This document shows, in pieces, positions 39,801 to 50,870 of a DNA stretch of 64,000 bases. The stretch is from Eledone cirrhosa (Eukaryota): the NCBI GenBank assembly GCA_964016885.1, contig OZ024741.1:330088001-330152000 (forward strand). Reading direction: 5' to 3'. The notes under the pieces were generated by a model. The model saw only the letters and a list, made by a program, of their open reading frames with translations, made no database searches and was not told where the DNA came from. The position numbers were made by a program, and so were the translations under genes. The number at the start of each line of letters is the position of its first letter. The first letter of the stretch is position 1.

Positions 39801-42800
39801 ATTCTCATAAATTGCTACAAAGGTAAAGGGGATGCTCTGGAGAGGAGCAATTATAGGGTTATAAAACTGATAGATCAGGTTATGAAAGTGGCAGAAAGGA
39901 TATTAGCACAACTAATTAGAGAAAGGGTCAAACTAGATGAGATGCAGTTTGGTTTTGTGCCTGGGAAAAGTATAACAGATGCCCTCTTCTTGGTGAGACA
40001 ATTACAAGAGAGGTTCTTAGAGAAGAATAAGCCACTATACTTAGCCTTTGTTGATGTAGAGAAGGCCTTTGATAGGGTACCCCGATCTGTCATCTGGTGG
40101 TCCCTAAGGAAACTAGGTGTTGAGGAATGGCTTGTGAGGACAGTGCAAACTTTGTACAGAGGTGCTTTCAGTAAAGTGAGGGTAGGAATGGAGTTTAGTG
40201 AGGAATTCCAGATTCAAGTAGGAGTACATCAAGGTTCGGTCCTCAGCCCGCTCTTGTTCATTATAGTCCTCCAAGCCATAACAGAGGAGTTTAAGACTGG
40301 CTGTCCATGGGAACTTCTCTATGCTGACGATCTGGTTCTTATAGCAGAATCAGTAGAGGAGCTAGAAAATAAATTCTGGCTATGGAAACAGCAGTTGGAA
40401 GCAAGAGGACAGAGTGAACCTAGCTAAGACAAAAGTGTTGATGAGTAGAAAAGAAGACAAAACTCTGATTCCGTCAGGGAAATGGCCATGTTCGATATGC
40501 AGAAAAAGAACTGGCATAAATTCTATAAAATGCACACAATGCAGATCCTGGGTACACAAGAGATGTAGTGGGATAGCAGGCAAACTAACAGGTAGGGAGA
40601 AATACGTATGCAGTAGATGTACAGGGAAATTAGACAGTAGAAGTCGCATTGATAGACACATTTTTCAAATGCAGGCGGGTGCTATAGAAGTGGTGGATAG
40701 CTTTCAGGACCTAGGAGATCAGATTAGCATGGGACGGGGGTGTTCCGAGGCCATAGTATCTAGAATAAGGACGGGTTGGAAGAAGTTTAGGGAGCTGCTT
40801 CCTCTGCTGACGAAGAAGGGTTTCTCCCTGCGTACGAAAGGCCGGTTATATGATGCCTGTGTGAGGAGCGCGATGCTGCATGGTAGTGAGACATGGGCAG
40901 CAACTGCAGAGATTATGCGACAGCTGGAGAGAAATGAGGCAGGCATGCTCCGTTGGATGTGCAATGTCAATGTGCGTGAATGACCCAGCATGGATGTGTT
41001 GAGAGAGAAACTGTGTCTGAGAGGGATAGAATGTAGTGTGCGAGAGAGGAGACTGCGGTGGTATAGACATGAGATGTGCATGGAGGATGACCGATGGGTG
41101 AAGAAGTGCCAGGAAATACCAGTTGAAGAAAGACGTGGTAGAGGTAGACCACGAAAAACATGGGCGGAGGTGGTGAGAACAGACCTCAGATTGCTGAAGC
41201 TCACGGTGGAGATGACGAAGGACCGTGACAAGTGGAGAGATGCTGTGTTGAATAAGACCCGTCCCACCCTTGCAAGCAGGGAAAAGCGGACATAAAATGA
41301 TGATGATGATGATGATCACCACTCCCACACAGCAACTTGTACTGGGTATATTTTATCGTGACATCACCGCTACCACACTGCACCATGTACTGAGTACATT
41401 TGATCATGGCATCACCACTACCACACTGTACCTTGTACTGAGTACATTTTATCATGGCATCACCACTACCACACTGCAACTTGTACTGGGTATATTTTAT
41501 CATACTGCACCCTATATTGGGTATATTAGCACCAGAGAAGTTGTCATATAGTTGACTGCTGCAAAGGTCCTCTCTCCTCTTTATTGTCAGCATTCGACCG
41601 CCAAACACTTTAAAGGGTGAACTGGGTGCATTTTAGCGTGGCACAAACAATAGAGAAGTCGTCAAAAGCCCCCTTCTACACTACGTGTCATCTAAGTTTA
41701 TTTTTTCTTCAATATATAGAAGGTTTATAGGATTTTGTTGCGAAGGTTGTCTCTAGGTAAGGTTGTTAAATAATGATTTAGGCACAAGGCCAACAATTTG
41801 GGGGGAAGGGAAAGTTGATTAAATTGACCCCAGTGGGTTACTAGTGATATTTTTAGCGACCCCTGTAAGGATGAAAGGCAAAGCTAACCTTGACGAGATT
41901 TGAACTCAGAACGCAAAGGAGCATAACTATATGTCACAAAGCATGTTGTCCGACGCTCTACCAATTACTGCCAATAAGACAAAGAGAAAACATTCTACTT
42001 CGCCGCTAGAAGGTCAATGTGTGTAAGAAGCATGTAGTTATGTAAAGAGGTTAAACAGTTTGAAAACGCAACCATAACATTGTATATAATACATCGGTGT
42101 ATATGTATGTGTGTGTTAGTTTGCAGTTAACTATTTTTCCTGTAAATTTGAAAGCCTCATAACATAGGTTCCCTAAATATGGTTTAACATTAATCAGGAA
42201 AAGACTTCTAAACACAAGAGATATATTTCTGGCAAACATATATAGAAGACACGATAACAAGAAAGGTAGAGGTTGAAGGTGTAAACATATTTCTTTAACT
42301 CCAGAATTATAAAATGTAAAAACAAACATTACAACCACATTACATGATCTATGGAATACACAAATGGTGTTGAAGTACCAGTTAAAAGAGTATGGAAAGA
42401 TGGCAGTTGTTTTATAATAGAGATCTTCATGTCTCATTTATCGGTCAAAATTGAATTTGACAGTACAGGTGTTTAACGCTGTGCCAGTTATGTAATCAAA
42501 GACATTGCTACCAAGACCCTTCAGTCTGTTTCGGGGAAACCCTAGACCAGTGGTTCTCAGAGAGCCTGGTGACATTTCTCGATTTCTTCAATTCTTCCCC
42601 TATTTTGAATTGATTGTCACCTAATAATGTTTCACCCGAGCACCATATTAACATGAACGAGTTTTTCAAACCTCAATAATTGTTTAGTCTGAAGTAGTTT
42701 GTTTTTTATGAACTGTTAATTTGTGATCACCCTTATAGTTGGGTATAGTGGCATTTCATTTGTTATGTATATACCGTTCATGCTTTCCTCTTATTTATAA

Positions 42801-42836
42801 GAGCACCTTATCCAACAACTACACAGCCCGTTTCTT

Positions 42837-42885
<49 letters not shown>

Positions 42886-43448
42886 ATGTACACTATAGTT
42901 AGGTATATTGGCATTTCAATTCCTTCCCTGGCAGCCAAGAGTCTTCTGTTTAAGAATTATTTCGCCATTCCTTGCCCAAGACGATGGAGTTTGCAAAGAC
43001 GAGATTTGGCTGCTACTTCTAATAGATTGTGCGAACACGTTGTGTCCCTCGTTAGTTCGTACAACAGGGGATAAATAGTGAATACTATAACATACTATCT
43101 GACTGACATAAGTAGACCGTAGTAAAATAGATTTTGATTGAAGAACAAGTAGAACGAGAAGCTTGTGTGTCTTACCGTATCTTATGTTTATTATCAAACG
43201 GGTTATTAATCTTAACAGAACCATAAAATACGAAAGGAAAGGTCAAACTTACCGATTGTTACAATTAATACGTGGGAAAAACTAGTTAGGTGTATTTAAA
43301 ATATAGAATTTCTGCTACATGTTGTTGTTTACTGCTTTTCAACAATATCTGTAGACTAATAAAATAAAAACATATAATATATATATATATATATATATAG
43401 ACTATAATTATAGACAAACCACACCTTTCGGAAGTAAAACATCGCCAT
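22299..43448 (-). CDS. ACADSB: Short/branched-chain acyl-CoA dehydrogenase, mitochondrial (spliced, 11 exons, 451 aa)
   Basis: Exons 43448-43425, 38165-37937, 36416-36316, 34056-33850, 32343-32173, 31482-31357, 30588-30496, 28683-28594, 27226-27089, 25366-25267, 22375-22299; 1356 nt, phase-compatible. Motifs [75 protein letters not shown] (catalytic Glu in IYEG). The N-terminus is basic and resembles a transit peptide. Confidence 0.95.
22408..22830. mobile_element. Tigger/pogo-like MITE
   Basis: TA-flanked TIRs CAGTAAATCCCCACATTACAAA / TTTGTAAGTTGGGGGCTTACTG, about 30 nt from the last ACADSB acceptor. Confidence 0.7.
22990..24634 (+). mobile_element. Decayed CR1/L2-group LINE, 5'-truncated
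   Basis: Fragmented RT peptides [50 protein letters not shown]...[14 protein letters not shown]; 3' hairpin TGTAGTGC..GCACTGTA and (ATT)n tail. Confidence 0.92.
24775..25052. repeat. About 19-bp minisatellite
   Basis: Unit approximately ACATCTCACATATGTTCCT. Confidence 0.9.
25267..25366 (-). CDS. ACADSB: ACADSB exon 10
   Basis: cttcag|[33 protein letters not shown]+g|gtgagt. Confidence 0.96.
25570..25990. repeat. About 110-bp tandem repeat, 4 copies; dispersed units also at 56385-56510 (-) and 59772-59855
   Basis: Unit TTACAGCTCACATCTATGTAGGTTTAGCTGGCCTC...GAGGTTTCTCAGGTGTTTTAATGATAGGGCCCC. Confidence 0.85.
27089..27226 (-). CDS. ACADSB: ACADSB exon 9
   Basis: caacag|[46 protein letters not shown]|gtaaaa. 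Confidence 0.96.
27494..27682 (-). mobile_element. tRNA-derived SINE (same family as 878-1064) with 17-bp TSD
   Basis: TAAGTAAAAAGAATAAT at 27477-27493 and 27683-27699; A and B boxes on -. Confidence 0.88.
28594..28683 (-). CDS. ACADSB: ACADSB exon 8
   Basis: ttgcag|[30 protein letters not shown]|gtcagt. Confidence 0.95.
30496..30588 (-). CDS. ACADSB: ACADSB exon 7
   Basis: ttgcag|[31 protein letters not shown]|gtttgg. Confidence 0.96.
31095..31295. repeat. About 25-bp minisatellite
   Basis: Unit approximately CAGGACAGTGTCCAAGACATGCTGTGT. Confidence 0.85.
31357..31482 (-). CDS. ACADSB: ACADSB exon 6
   Basis: tttcag|[42 protein letters not shown]|gtaatc. Confidence 0.96.
31797..31981. repeat. 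(GGT/GAT)n trinucleotide tract
   Basis: Low-complexity tract; similar tracts at 47370-47590 and 56960-57130. Confidence 0.9.
32173..32343 (-). CDS. ACADSB: ACADSB exon 5
   Basis: aaccag|[20 protein letters not shown]...[26 protein letters not shown]|gtaagt. Confidence 0.96.
33026..33208 (-). mobile_element. tRNA-derived SINE (same family) with about 17-bp TSD
   Basis: TGCTAAAAGGTAATAAT at 33009-33025 and 33209-33225; another copy at about 41777-41975 on -. Confidence 0.88.
33850..34056 (-). CDS. ACADSB: ACADSB exon 4
   Basis: ttccag|[18 protein letters not shown]...[11 protein letters not shown]...[12 protein letters not shown]|gtctgt. Confidence 0.95.
34599..34839. repeat. Perfect 29-bp tandem repeat, about 8.3 copies
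   Basis: Unit ATTTTAATTCAACACTTTCCATACATTCT, with no spacers. Confidence 0.95.
36316..36416 (-). CDS. ACADSB: ACADSB exon 3
   Basis: atag|(V)[33 protein letters not shown]|gtaagt. Confidence 0.95.
37937..38165 (-). CDS. ACADSB: ACADSB exon 2
   Basis: actag|[14 protein letters not shown]...[15 protein letters not shown]+g|gtaaga. Confidence 0.88.
38551..41315 (+). mobile_element. RTE-clade LINE copy B, 5'-truncated within the APE domain, inactivated
   Basis: [14 protein letters not shown] and SQIDFLL (APE); RT 39408-40427; PHD finger 40489-40620; TGA stops at about 39219, 39387 and 40981 and a frameshift near 40405; (GAT)n tail; antisense in ACADSB intron 1. Confidence 0.96.
41315..41500. 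repeat. 48-bp tandem array (target of RTE-B)
   Basis: Unit ACTGGGTATATTTTATCGTGACATCACCACTACCACACTGCAACTTGT; the first unit begins at 38525, before the insertion. Confidence 0.85.
43425..43448 (-). CDS. ACADSB: ACADSB exon 1 (putative)
   Basis: gaaATGGCG ATG TTT TAC TTC CGA AAG|gtgtgg = MAMFYFRK; phase 0 matches exon 2; CpG-richer promoter-like context. Confidence 0.6.
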
Positions 43449-45204
43449 TTCAGAATGTTGGCAGTACAGAATAAAGACGTTATTATTGTAAACTGTTATT
43501 GCGTTGATTCTGCCAGAACCGAAATCGACCTCGGTGTAACACAAGTGCGTGCAGTAAGTATTGCAAGGGGAGATAACTAGAACTGTGTTGTTTTTATTCG
43601 TATATGTTTATCGTCATATATTTCACACCCATTGCATGGGTTGAGATATACGTATATACTCATTTTATTAAGGCTAAATAGTTACTCTTGTTACTCTGAA
43701 GTTTCGAAAGCGAAATTCCAGAGTAACAAGACTCACTATTTAGCGATAATTAAAAAAAAAACTCTACTTCGGTATTAAGACTCCTGATAGAGTCGTTAGG
43801 GCGCCGTATTAACATACGGCTTTTGTTGGGCATTTTAAGCCTGGCGGAGCCAATCACTCTCCAGGCCTAAGTACAACAGATTTCTGAAAGTGAGAGAGAG
43901 GAAATGAAAAAAGAGATATAGAGGAAGAATTGACTAGACTGGTACTTTTTGAATCGACCTCAAAAGGATGAAAGGCCAAGTTGACCTATGATTCAATCAG
44001 GAATTACGGGTTCAAAGAGAACAAGTCTTTGATTACAACATTCTTTGAGAAGACTGTTGAATCTCTGAGTTTGCTTTGACCTTTGTAATCTTCAATCTGG
44101 AATTTCAGGTTTGACAGATTCTTCGAGCTACATACAACTGTCTCATGGCTGAACATAGGTTGTGGAAGGAACAAACCTGTGTTGTATGTGTAAATGTGTA
44201 CATAGAGAAAATAACTCTTTTTAAACACGCACATCATCGCTTAACGTCGCATTCCTAGCGACCAAGGGTTGGACAGTACTGAACTAGGGCTCTGCACCTC
44301 ATTTACGTACAGTCATACGTTCTATCAAATGCACAGGAGAGGTTATCATGTCTTTGACGCAACTAAAGGGCGCTCCCAACACTTTAGCAAGCTTTCTATG
44401 GCTGGATTCATTCCTCCAATCAACAATTTTACAGCATGTACTTAGTGATCTACACGATAAACACACCAACACTAGTGAGGTTGTTATGCCGTGACATGAC
44501 TGAAAAGTCCTCTAAACTTTTTTTTTTCCTATGAAACAAAAATCATTTTAAGGGGTTCCTATTTAAATAAAAATCTTCCAATGTGGTCTTATATATGTTA
44601 ATCTACTGCCTCAGTATAGTTAACTAATTGATAATTTTAGTAAATCACTCATGCTTATTTTTAACCAACTAAAATAAGTTTTTTCATTTTTTCTTATTAT
44701 TGAGGACCAAACATACCCAGCTGCATTTGATATATATTGTAGGTCCTTATCTCCTGATGAAATCACAGGGATACTATTGATATTATGTGTACCAACCTTA
44801 AGCCCTTATCTCCTAATAGAATCATTGGGACACTGTTGTAACATGAAATGTACCAGCCTTAGGTACTTATCTCCTGATGAAATCCCAGAGATAATGTTGA
44901 CACATGAAGTGTACCAGTCTTATACATCTGGTGTGGTTGTATGCCAGATCTTAGGTTTTCATTAACGATTTACTTATCCACTCTTTAATGTTGTCTGTCC
45001 ATCGTTCTCTCTCCCTCACCAATTCCGTGTAGATCTAACATATTCCTCAAATTTCATGGTGCTTGCTGCAAGCTTTTATTTTACCATAGATTATAAAATG
45101 AATCCTTTGTTACCATATCTTTAACTAGAATATGCTGCTTTTGTGTTTGAATTATCAAAATAATCAACAATTATGAGAAATTTAATAAAATAACTAACTT
45201 TCAA

Positions 45205-45590
45205 CTTCTTCCACTTATTCCTGAAAGAGTGGTAGGGGCAGAGTCCTCAAGCAAACTATGAATTTATCTTCTTCACCTACTTATTCCTATATTCCTAGAA
45301 GAGTCATGGGAGCAGAGTCAGAAGCATCTGTCTCCAATTGAATCCTCAAGTGAGACCAGCTGAACTTGTGGATGTTATCCAACAATCTACCCTTGGGCCT
45401 CCTGATGGTTGGTTTTGCCTATAAAAATCTGTTCAGCAATTCTTTCCTTAGACATTTTAACCACATGTCCATAATATCAGAACTGTGATCGCTCAATTCA
45501 GAGAAGTAGTGGCTCTACCTGGAGTGACTCACTAATCTCCGAACTACTTACTCTATTGAGTAATGTTTCTCCAAAGACCCTTTCTGAACT
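45205..45590 (-). mobile_element. 3' fragment of an RTE (Rex3/Expander-like) LINE
   Basis: Minus strand reads VEPLLL*IERSQF*YYGHVVKMSKER...RRPKGR; duplicated 3' end with a GAA-rich tail. Confidence 0.65.
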
Positions 45591-45801
45591 TCCATCTTAA
45601 TAATATAAAACAAATATTTAACTACTCAAATATGATATTAACTATTTCAGTCTAAAGTTTAAATTTAAATTTGAACACTTTAATAGATGCAGTTTAGGGT
45701 AGGTTGATATTTAAAGGGTTAAGTAATTGGACTAAGTTACCAAGTAGTTATAAGTTCAAATTTTACTACAATTGTTTTGCTGTGTTCTTGAGAAAAGCAT
45801 T

Positions 45802-46030
45802 TGACTCTTTCATTACCAAATTTCTAATGACATATAATGTGTTTCAATTAATAAATGAAGATTTTGGAGGTATTTACTAAAATTATTATTTCATTATTAA
45901 GGTAAATATTTGTAACATAAAAATTTTTTTACAAGAAATTGTTAGAAAAGACCAATTTAAATAAGAAGCCTTTGGTTTTGTTTCAGAGAACCAGAGCTGG
46001 TTTTGGCTGGGTTGACATCAAAAGGGTTAA
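45802..46030. mobile_element. TTAA-CCCTTT-ended (piggyBac-like) MITE family member
   Basis: Ends AAAAGGGTTAA; related left ends TTAACCCTTT..GTTACCATATTTC recur at about 12655, 26311, 34939, 46153 and 62799. Confidence 0.5.
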
Positions 46031-46319
46031 AACACTGATTGGTATAGTTTATCTGTATGTAGTATCTTAACATAGCTGAGTTATTTATGGTGAAAAGGGT
46101 ACCTACAAGCTACAAATAAATCATCTTAACCCTTGCAAACATAGAAAACACTTTAAACCCTTTTGTTACCAACCCAACCAAAATCAGCTCTAGTCCTATG
46201 AAACAAAACCACCCATTTTAAAGGGTTCCTATTTAAACTAAAATCTTCCAATGTAATTTTATATATGAACTATATGTTAATTTACTATCTTAGTATAACA
46301 CCACCACTGCAGAGACTGT

Positions 46320-46670
46320 TACAGTGGCTCAACATAAAATGAAGCGAATCATGTTCGGCATCACCTTACGTGACAGGAAAAACAACACCTGGATTTGACA
46401 ACTGGCATGAAGGACAATTGAGACCATCAAGAAGGACAAACATAGATGGGCTGATCATGTCTCTTGTTTCAGAAATAACAGGTGGACTATTAGAGTGACA
46501 GAGTAGACACCAAGGCAGTTGAGAAGAACCAGAGGGTGACCAAAGGCCAGATGACATGATGATGACCTACCTCGGCCCTACATGGCCCAGTATGGCAAAA
46601 GATGAAGGAAGCGATGAAGGTCAACCAAAGAGGGGTTCCTCCAACAGGAGTGAGAAGGCATTGGATTTGA
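46320..46670 (+). mobile_element. 3' fragment of another RTE-clade LINE
   Basis: AQHKMKRIMFGITLRDRKNNTWI...RWADHVS...NNRWTIRVTE...RTRG.PKAR, with stops. Confidence 0.7.
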
Positions 46671-47613
46671 AGGATTTTACTTGAAGTATAATTAAATGAT
46701 AATTTTAGTAAATCAATCAAAATTCTTTACTAATTAATTGAAATAGAATGTATTTCATTTGTCGAAAATAGGTTTTTAAAAATTACCAAGAAATAAAAGC
46801 ATTTTCAATAAAAATCAAAGTGTAAGAGCCAAAATTAAAATACCAACTTTATTTTTGTTTTTGGTTTAAGCGAGCATTAAAAATTCAGTTAATTTAAACA
46901 GATATCAGTTGTGTTGTTCAGCAGGACTAATTATAAAATGGAAAAAAAAAAAAAAAAAAAAAAAAACATTTTTCTGTTTGATATCTTTTTTTTTGCTTTT
47001 TTTTCACCTTCGGCATTAGAAAAATGTTAAAGCAACATATTAAACTTTTTTCATGAGGAAGGAAATGAAAAATTAAAAAATAAATAATAAAAAATAGAAG
47101 AATGAGCTGGAAATATAAATAAAGTTAGAAACAACTTTTTGTTAAATGGGACTGGATGGGTGGAGAAAAAAAAATGTTTAAAAAAAAAACAAAAAAAAAC
47201 AAACCCCAGGAGCCAAACCTTGCTGCAATGTGGAAGTGAAACCTTTCCACTCCTTTTTAAATTTGTTTTTAAAGACTGAATGGAATCCTGGTTAAAATAA
47301 AACTCCACATAAATAGAACTAGCAGTCACTGATGAGTGCATTGTGTTAGTGGAGAATGATTGGTTGGTTGCAGTTGTTGTAGTTATCAAAGATGATGTTA
47401 TTGTTGTTGATGATGTTGTTGTTAGTGGTGGTGTGTTGTTAATTACATTGTTGTTTAGTGGAAGAATTGGTTGCAGTTGTTGCTGCTGTTAAGGTTGATG
47501 TTGTAGATGTTGATGTTATTGTTGATCTTGTAGTTGTTGTAGTTGTTATTGTAGCCATTATAGCAATAGTATTAGTTTTTGTTGATGTCCAAAGCAAGAC
47601 CAACCCTGACCAT

Positions 47614-47644
<31 letters not shown>

Positions 47645-47767
47645 GAGGAAGAAGAGGAGGTGGGGAGGTACCAGAGTGAGCAATGACCAAAGTGAATATG
47701 TAGCTACATGTCTACAGTCATCAAAAGGTTACATAGGCAACAGGCTGGCTGTTTTGGCTGGCTTGGT

Positions 47768-47790
47768 TCAGTGTGATGGTTGGCCACATC
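47768..47790 (-). CDS. CACUL1: CACUL1 terminal exon (putative)
   Basis: taacag|(R)CGQPSH*; phase fits but the segment is short and poorly conserved. Confidence 0.55.
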
Positions 47791-50700
47791 CTGTTAAAAA
47801 TATGAAAAAAACAACAAAGTAAATATGACAACAAATTAAATATGACAACAACGATATCATTTCTAAGGTAAGAATAAAAAATCAAGGGAGACAACCTAGA
47901 AAAATTATTGATTCAAACGCCTCCTCCTGCAAAGCTAACATTGCTGGGAGGCTTTGCAATAATATAGGTTTCTGATTTAGGCACAAGGCCAACAATTTTG
48001 CAGGGAGGAGAAAGTCAATTAAATCGACCCCTGTGCATCACTGTTACTTTATTTTATTGACTGAGGCAGGAGCCTTTGTAATAATAATAATAATAATAAT
48101 AAAAGAATGGAAGAATTATAGAATGGAAGAATTATAGAATGAAAGAAGAAAAAAAAATTTTCTAAGCGCTTACTTGGTATTTCCTCTTCACTTCTCCGTT
48201 TGCGGCTTGAATCAGAACTGAAAGAGAAAATGATGAAATAATAATGTTAATCAAAGCAACAGATGGATGGAACAAATATTGAAAATGATTCTATCAAATG
48301 TTCTAACAATTTTGCCAATTTACCAAATTATGAAAGACACTGCTTATGGTTTTCAAAAATTTTTTTTTTTAAATAGAAAATTTGGAGGGATTTAACTAAC
48401 TTTCTCAGTTTGGAAACATAACAAAAGTTCTTATAAACTTATAATGGAAGGTTTATAAAATAAATATAAACATTTAAACCTTATTACCATATTTCTAATG
48501 AAAAATGCTGTCTCTGGTTTTCAAATAATTTTGAAAATAATCAGTGACCCCAATCTAAATACGAATGGAGAGGCCTTATTAGACTTCTATTCTAGCAATG
48601 GACTCCCTATTACGAACGCCTTCTTCAAGCAGAGAGACATCCATAAATATACATGGTATAAGGGGAATCAGGGACAGAGATCAATAATTGATTTTGTCAT
48701 TGTCTCTGACCTCTTCGATAATGTGCTGGATAATTGTGTTAAGAGAGGGGTTGAGCTGTCAACTGATCACCATCTTGTTATCTACAATTTGAGACTACTT
48801 AAACCAGAGAAGTCCACAAAACTGGTAGGTCCAGGGTGACCTACAGGATTAAGTGGGAAGCATTGGTGGATAAGGAAGTCAGGACCAGGTATGCAGATAC
48901 TATTCTATCCAAATCCAGAGAACTCCATGAGCAACCTGAAGACGTTGAGACACAGTGGAGATTGTTCAGCTCAGCAGTTACTGCTTCATCTGTTAAATGC
49001 TGTGGGTGAAAGAGGCTTGGTGTGGCGCTGGATGGCAGGAAGATCCCTTGGTTCAATAAAAAATTACCATCCGAGCAAAGAAGAAGGCCTACAAAGCTTG
49101 GCTTGGAAATAAGTCCTCCTCCTTGTAATTGTGATACAAGCAGGCACGAAGAATTGCAGCAGATAGTAAAAGCATCCAAAGTTAAGACATGGGAAGACTG
49201 GGATTAAGCTGGAATCCGACTTCAGATCAGCAAATAAATAAAGTGTTCTGGCAGACCATCCACTGACTTCGTAATAAGTCTTCCTCCTCCACACCTGCTA
49301 TCAGGAACACATCTGGGGTTCTCTTCTCTTCAGAGAGGTGCATCCTCACAAGGTGGAGAGAATACTTTGCTGATCTCCTAAACCCAATCACAACATCTTC
49401 TGATGTACACAAGGTGCATCTGGGAGAGGTGACTAACTGCTTTTGTGACCTCAGCCTTCCAGAGATTAAAAAGCTCAAATCTGGCAAGGCTACTGGGGAA
49501 GATGAAATTCGGCCCAAGCTGTTAAAAGCTTTAAATAGAGAAGGTATTCTCTGGCTGACTTGTGTGTGTTGGGTGGCCTGGATCTCTGGAAAGGCTTAAG
49601 CAATGGCAATTGGGAGTGATAATCCCAATTTTCAAAAAGGAGACAAGAGAGATTGTTCCAAATACAGAGGGATCTCCTCGTTAAGCCTCACCGGTAAAGT
49701 GTATGCTAAGTGCCTGGCAAAAAGATGTGAGATTGTCGAGTCCAAGTTAGCTGATGAACAGTGTGGTTTTTACCCTGGACGCAGCACAGCCGACTAAATA
49801 TTCACACTACAGCTATATACAATACATTAGACCTATCCACTATATACCATTAGGGAAAGAGGGGTGGCTAAGGTAATGATGAACATTACAGATATGCTGG
49901 GCAAGCCCTCTGGGATGGATCAATAATGTGTAACACCTTCTCTTGGAGTATTTAGCACCCTAGGCTAACACTAAAATGAACAACTGGGTATTTAGAATCC
50001 TAGGAGGCTAGCTCTGCAATGTGCACCTCTTTCTCTCAGTTATGCTCACCATTCTCCCAAATAAAATAAGTTCAACTTGTAGTTTGGTAAGCTGACAAAC
50101 TTAGTTTTTGACATTTCTAGCTGTCACTATACTAAAAAAATTACTAAGCCTGTATTTTCCACAATACAGTTCACACTCACCCACCCAAATCATGTGACAG
50201 ATCATAACACCATACAACCCTCTCCACTGCTTTGGATATATACAATGTTTAGTGATTTAGTTATTGTTTGCAGGAAAGTATTATACAGTGTCCATAAATC
50301 ATCTTTACAATTTGAAAAATTAGAAAAAAATTTTTTTTAATAAAAATAACTACACATGGTTTATTGTAAAAGATAGGTAAACAAATAGTTTTAAACACAT
50401 CAGAACATTTCAATGTGGGCTCCATCGGCTGTATACAACACATCTAAATGATTCTCAATTTCTGATCATGTGTGTTAAATGATGTATATTGTAAAGATAA
50501 TTTATGAACACCCTGTAAAAATGTACATATAAAACTGTGGTCCTTTAAGATTCAGTAATGCACCTCACTGATGAGCCCCTAAATTGTTGACTAAATTGAC
50601 GTTAATGGAAGCAACAATCCTGCAGATATGTAAAGAAAGTAAAAAAATTTGCAAAAAAAAAAAAAAAATCTGAGACCAGCTGAACTCTGGATTATGTAAC

Positions 50701-50831
50701 AATTCTTGCTGCATCTTTCTGTCTTCAGCACCATATTCATCCAATTCAGATATTGAGGTTGGAGGTCGGATGTTGGGAATGTATTTGGCAAATACCTCTG
50801 GTTTTATCTGAGCATAATCTAGAAAACAAAG

Positions 50832-50870
<39 letters not shown>

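Noticed and set aside
43245-43325. Strong minus-strand donor (CG|GTAAGT at 43252) as an alternative ACADSB first exon
   Set aside because: No open ATG frame leads into it (the nearest ATG is followed by TAG). It could be a non-coding alternative exon but is unsupported.
44740-44922. About 60-bp triple repeat containing CTGATGA
   Set aside because: There is no stem II followed by GAAA in the right geometry, so I did not call a hammerhead; it looks like an amplified SINE-internal fragment.
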